From the NCBI RefSeq assembly GCF_964213995.1, contig NC_135808.1, forward strand, positions 50,406,001 to 50,470,000: a stretch of DNA of 64,000 nucleotides. Direction: 5' to 3'. The notes beneath the pieces were generated by a model. That model saw nothing but the letters and a program-made list of their open reading frames with translations. It had not been told where the DNA came from and ran no database searches. The DNA is from Mustelus asterias (taxonomy: Eukaryota). Position numbers and translations under genes: made by a program. Positions 61,557-64,000 of the stretch are shown here, one piece after another (within the stretch, counting starts at the first letter, position 1; every line of letters begins with the position of its first letter).

Positions 61557-63353
61557 AATGGACACAGCTGGAAGAGTTGGGTGAGGAGAAACAAAGGGGT
61601 TGCCTCCCCACAGAGCTGGTCTGAGAATCAACTGGCTTCTGGTAAAATGAAATTGAAGATAGATGGGAATTGGAAAGTGCGGTTGTAAGTGGATTGGGGA
61701 ATAGGTTTTTGCAGGGATGGATACAGAAGGGGGTAGGGTTGGGGGTGTGGAAGGAGGATGTGGCTGGGGAGTGATACAAGGAAGTGATCAGAGATGGTCT
61801 TATCTCTGATTGAAACTCTGGGAGCAGTGAGACCACGTGAGATGGTTAAGGTCAAGGGGGAGGTGGTGAATATGGGGTGGAGAATTGTGATTGTGATGGT
61901 TTAATCCCAGCAACTTTCAGTTTCTTTTCTGTTTTCAATCTTGTCACTCAAGAGATTCCAGATCAAACTGATAATTTTCAAATGAATGATCATTGGCTTT
62001 GAATCCAATCTTCTGCAGATGTGTCATTGATTGACAGACCAAGCAGCCAATCAGGACAATCACTTGGTGAAATGCAGCCAATCAGCTGATGGGGAGGTGG
62101 GACGTTTCCAAAGCACTCACCAGACAGAAACGGAATATTCTTAATGTTTATTACCTTTTACACATTGACATTGACAGAAAAAACAGCCCAGCCAGAGGAA
62201 GCTGGAGAAATTCACAGGGAGAATGGAGGTTTATTAAAACACTTGTGGAGATTTTCTCAATAACATGAGAATCCTGTCCCTTTAAACAGTGACTAAAGCT
62301 TCAATTGTAACTGCAGGGTGAGCAGGAAGGAGGTCTGGTTTACTGAAGCAGACACTTCACAGGGTCACATTATTATTGTACAGCTGACACTCTTCAGCAT
62401 CTTCCAGAGGTTGTACTTGTTATCACGAGTCTGCACTGTCCCCATCAAACTCTCCCAGGACAGTAACACCACAGGGTTAAATACAAAGTAAAGCTCCCTC
62501 TACACTATACCAATAACGTGCTTTAACCCCTGACCCTCAGAAGTGTCTCAGACCCAGTCCCGAGGAGGAAGAGAGTTGTAATTCAATGCTGATAATGACC
62601 TTTGCCCTCCCAGCTCACCCCTGTTCTATTCCAAGTTGTGCCTCCTCTGTGGACTGTCTCTAACACTCTAGGCACATTCTGATCTACTGACGCTCTTGCT
62701 GAGGGGCGAGGAGAGGCTGACGTGGGTGAGGGCACAGGAGAAGCGGGCGTTGGACTCCCAGTCGGAGCCAGAGAGGGTCAGCAGGCTGCTGACGCTGTAG
62801 GTGTTGTCTGAAGCTCGCAGGTAGTTGCTGGTCTGAACCCCGTTGGAAATGGCTGCACCATCCTTCTTCCACTTCACCTCCACCTCATCGGGATAGAAGT
62901 GATTGGCAAGGCACACCAGGGTGGCAGTGCCCTTGTTCTTGACCTCCTCCGGGGAGGGGGGCAGCAGGGTCAGCGTGGGTTGTGAATTCTCACGGGCTGA
63001 AAGAGAAGAGAAGGAATTTTAATCACTGCCATTTTCAGGCTTTCAACTTCCCGAATATTGACTGGGATCAAATCAGTGTCAATGTTTCGATGTTGCAGAA
63101 TTCTGAAAATCCATTCCGGGGGAAATTTTTTAACCAGCACGGAACAATCCCAACAAGCGAAGGGGCAGTTTTGGGCAGTTTTATAGAATGAATCTCGGCA
63201 TGTGGAAGGTGTATCAGTGGGAGAGCATTTGGGTAATAGTGATCATAATACAGTTAGATTTAGAGTAGTTACGGAAAAGGGGAAAGATCGATCAAGAGTA
63301 AACGTTTTAAATTGGGAAAAGGCCAATTTCACGAAACTGGGATTTGCCAAAAT
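61557..63353 (-). repeat. Inverted duplicate of 36268-38047 (C exon, 3' UTR and flanks)
   Basis: Collinear reverse-complement match from CATTTTGGCAAATCCCAG to CCAGCTGTGTCCATT. Confidence 0.95.
62668..62996 (-). CDS. IGKC: Ig kappa-type constant exon (copy 2, convergent cluster)
   Basis: Intact acceptor, same 329-bp length as copy 1, and four amino-acid differences (T>N, D>N, Q>E, R>S). Confidence 0.97.
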
Positions 63354-63900
63354 GGAGAGGAAATAGCGACTTGAAGGTAAATCAGTGTCAGAGCAGTGGG
63401 AGGATATTCGAGCTGGAGATGGAGTTCAGAACAAATATGTTCACACAAAGCAATAGCGTGGGACATTGCAAGGAGGATAACTAAGGAATGAATAGGGCAG
63501 GTCAGAGAGCAACAAGGTAACTTGTGTGTGGAGGGAGAAGACACGGTGATGGTTCTTCATGAATAATTTACATCAGATATCACAAATGAGAGGGATAAAG
63601 CTAACATTGTAGTTCAGGAGGAGAGGGATTGTGAAATAATCAATGGGATAATGATAGTGTGGGAGGAGATATTAATGTGCTTATCATCTTTGAAAGTGGA
63701 AAAATTCCCAGGCCCGGGTGAAATGTATCCCAGGATGCGAAGGGAAGCACGGGAAGAAAAAGCAGAGACTCTGACCATTATTTTCCAATCCTCTCTGGCT
63801 ACAGGTGTGGTGTGGGAGGACTGGAGGACGGATAATGCTGTTTAAAATTACAGGCTGATGGGATTCAAGGGAAAGTGGCACGTTCGATTTCAAATTAGTT
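63035..63900 (+). mobile_element. Old CR1 relic in the presumed J-C intron of the second cluster
   Basis: FNFPNIDW...KFPGPGEMYPRM..EDWR. Confidence 0.8.
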
Positions 63901-64000
63901 CAGTGTCTGGGGGTAAAGGTTTGATTTGAAGCTGGTTAAATCATTTTGCATATATAAAGAAAGTTACAACAAATTCAGCACTGAAATGGTTAATAATGAG

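Overview
Cartilaginous-fish (shark-like) genomic DNA containing an immunoglobulin kappa-type light-chain cluster (resembling nurse shark NS4) in a transposon-dense background. One germline, unrearranged cluster lies on the + strand: leader 29766-29814, V 30001-30298 with a consensus 12-RSS, J 32053-32087 with a 23-RSS, and C 36625-36953. A 270-N gap separates V and J. A second, near-identical intact C exon lies on the - strand (62668-62996). The first ~5 kb of the window is an inverted copy of the DNA upstream of the V gene, which predicts a third, divergent cluster just outside the window. The clusters therefore appear to alternate head-to-head and tail-to-tail at ~25-30 kb spacing. The V-J interval holds about 20 copies of a 61-bp repeat built around CACAGT heptamer-like motifs. 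The rest is mostly mobile DNA: CR1 LINEs (one with an intact 958-aa ORF2), tRNA-derived SINEs, nested Gypsy and Copia relics, a class I-like endogenous retrovirus with a tRNA-Phe PBS plus a related solo LTR, a Harbinger-type non-autonomous element, and a palindromic Penelope-type insert with a minimal hammerhead ribozyme motif. Alignments, identity estimates and family calls were made by eye and from recall, so repeat boundaries are approximate.
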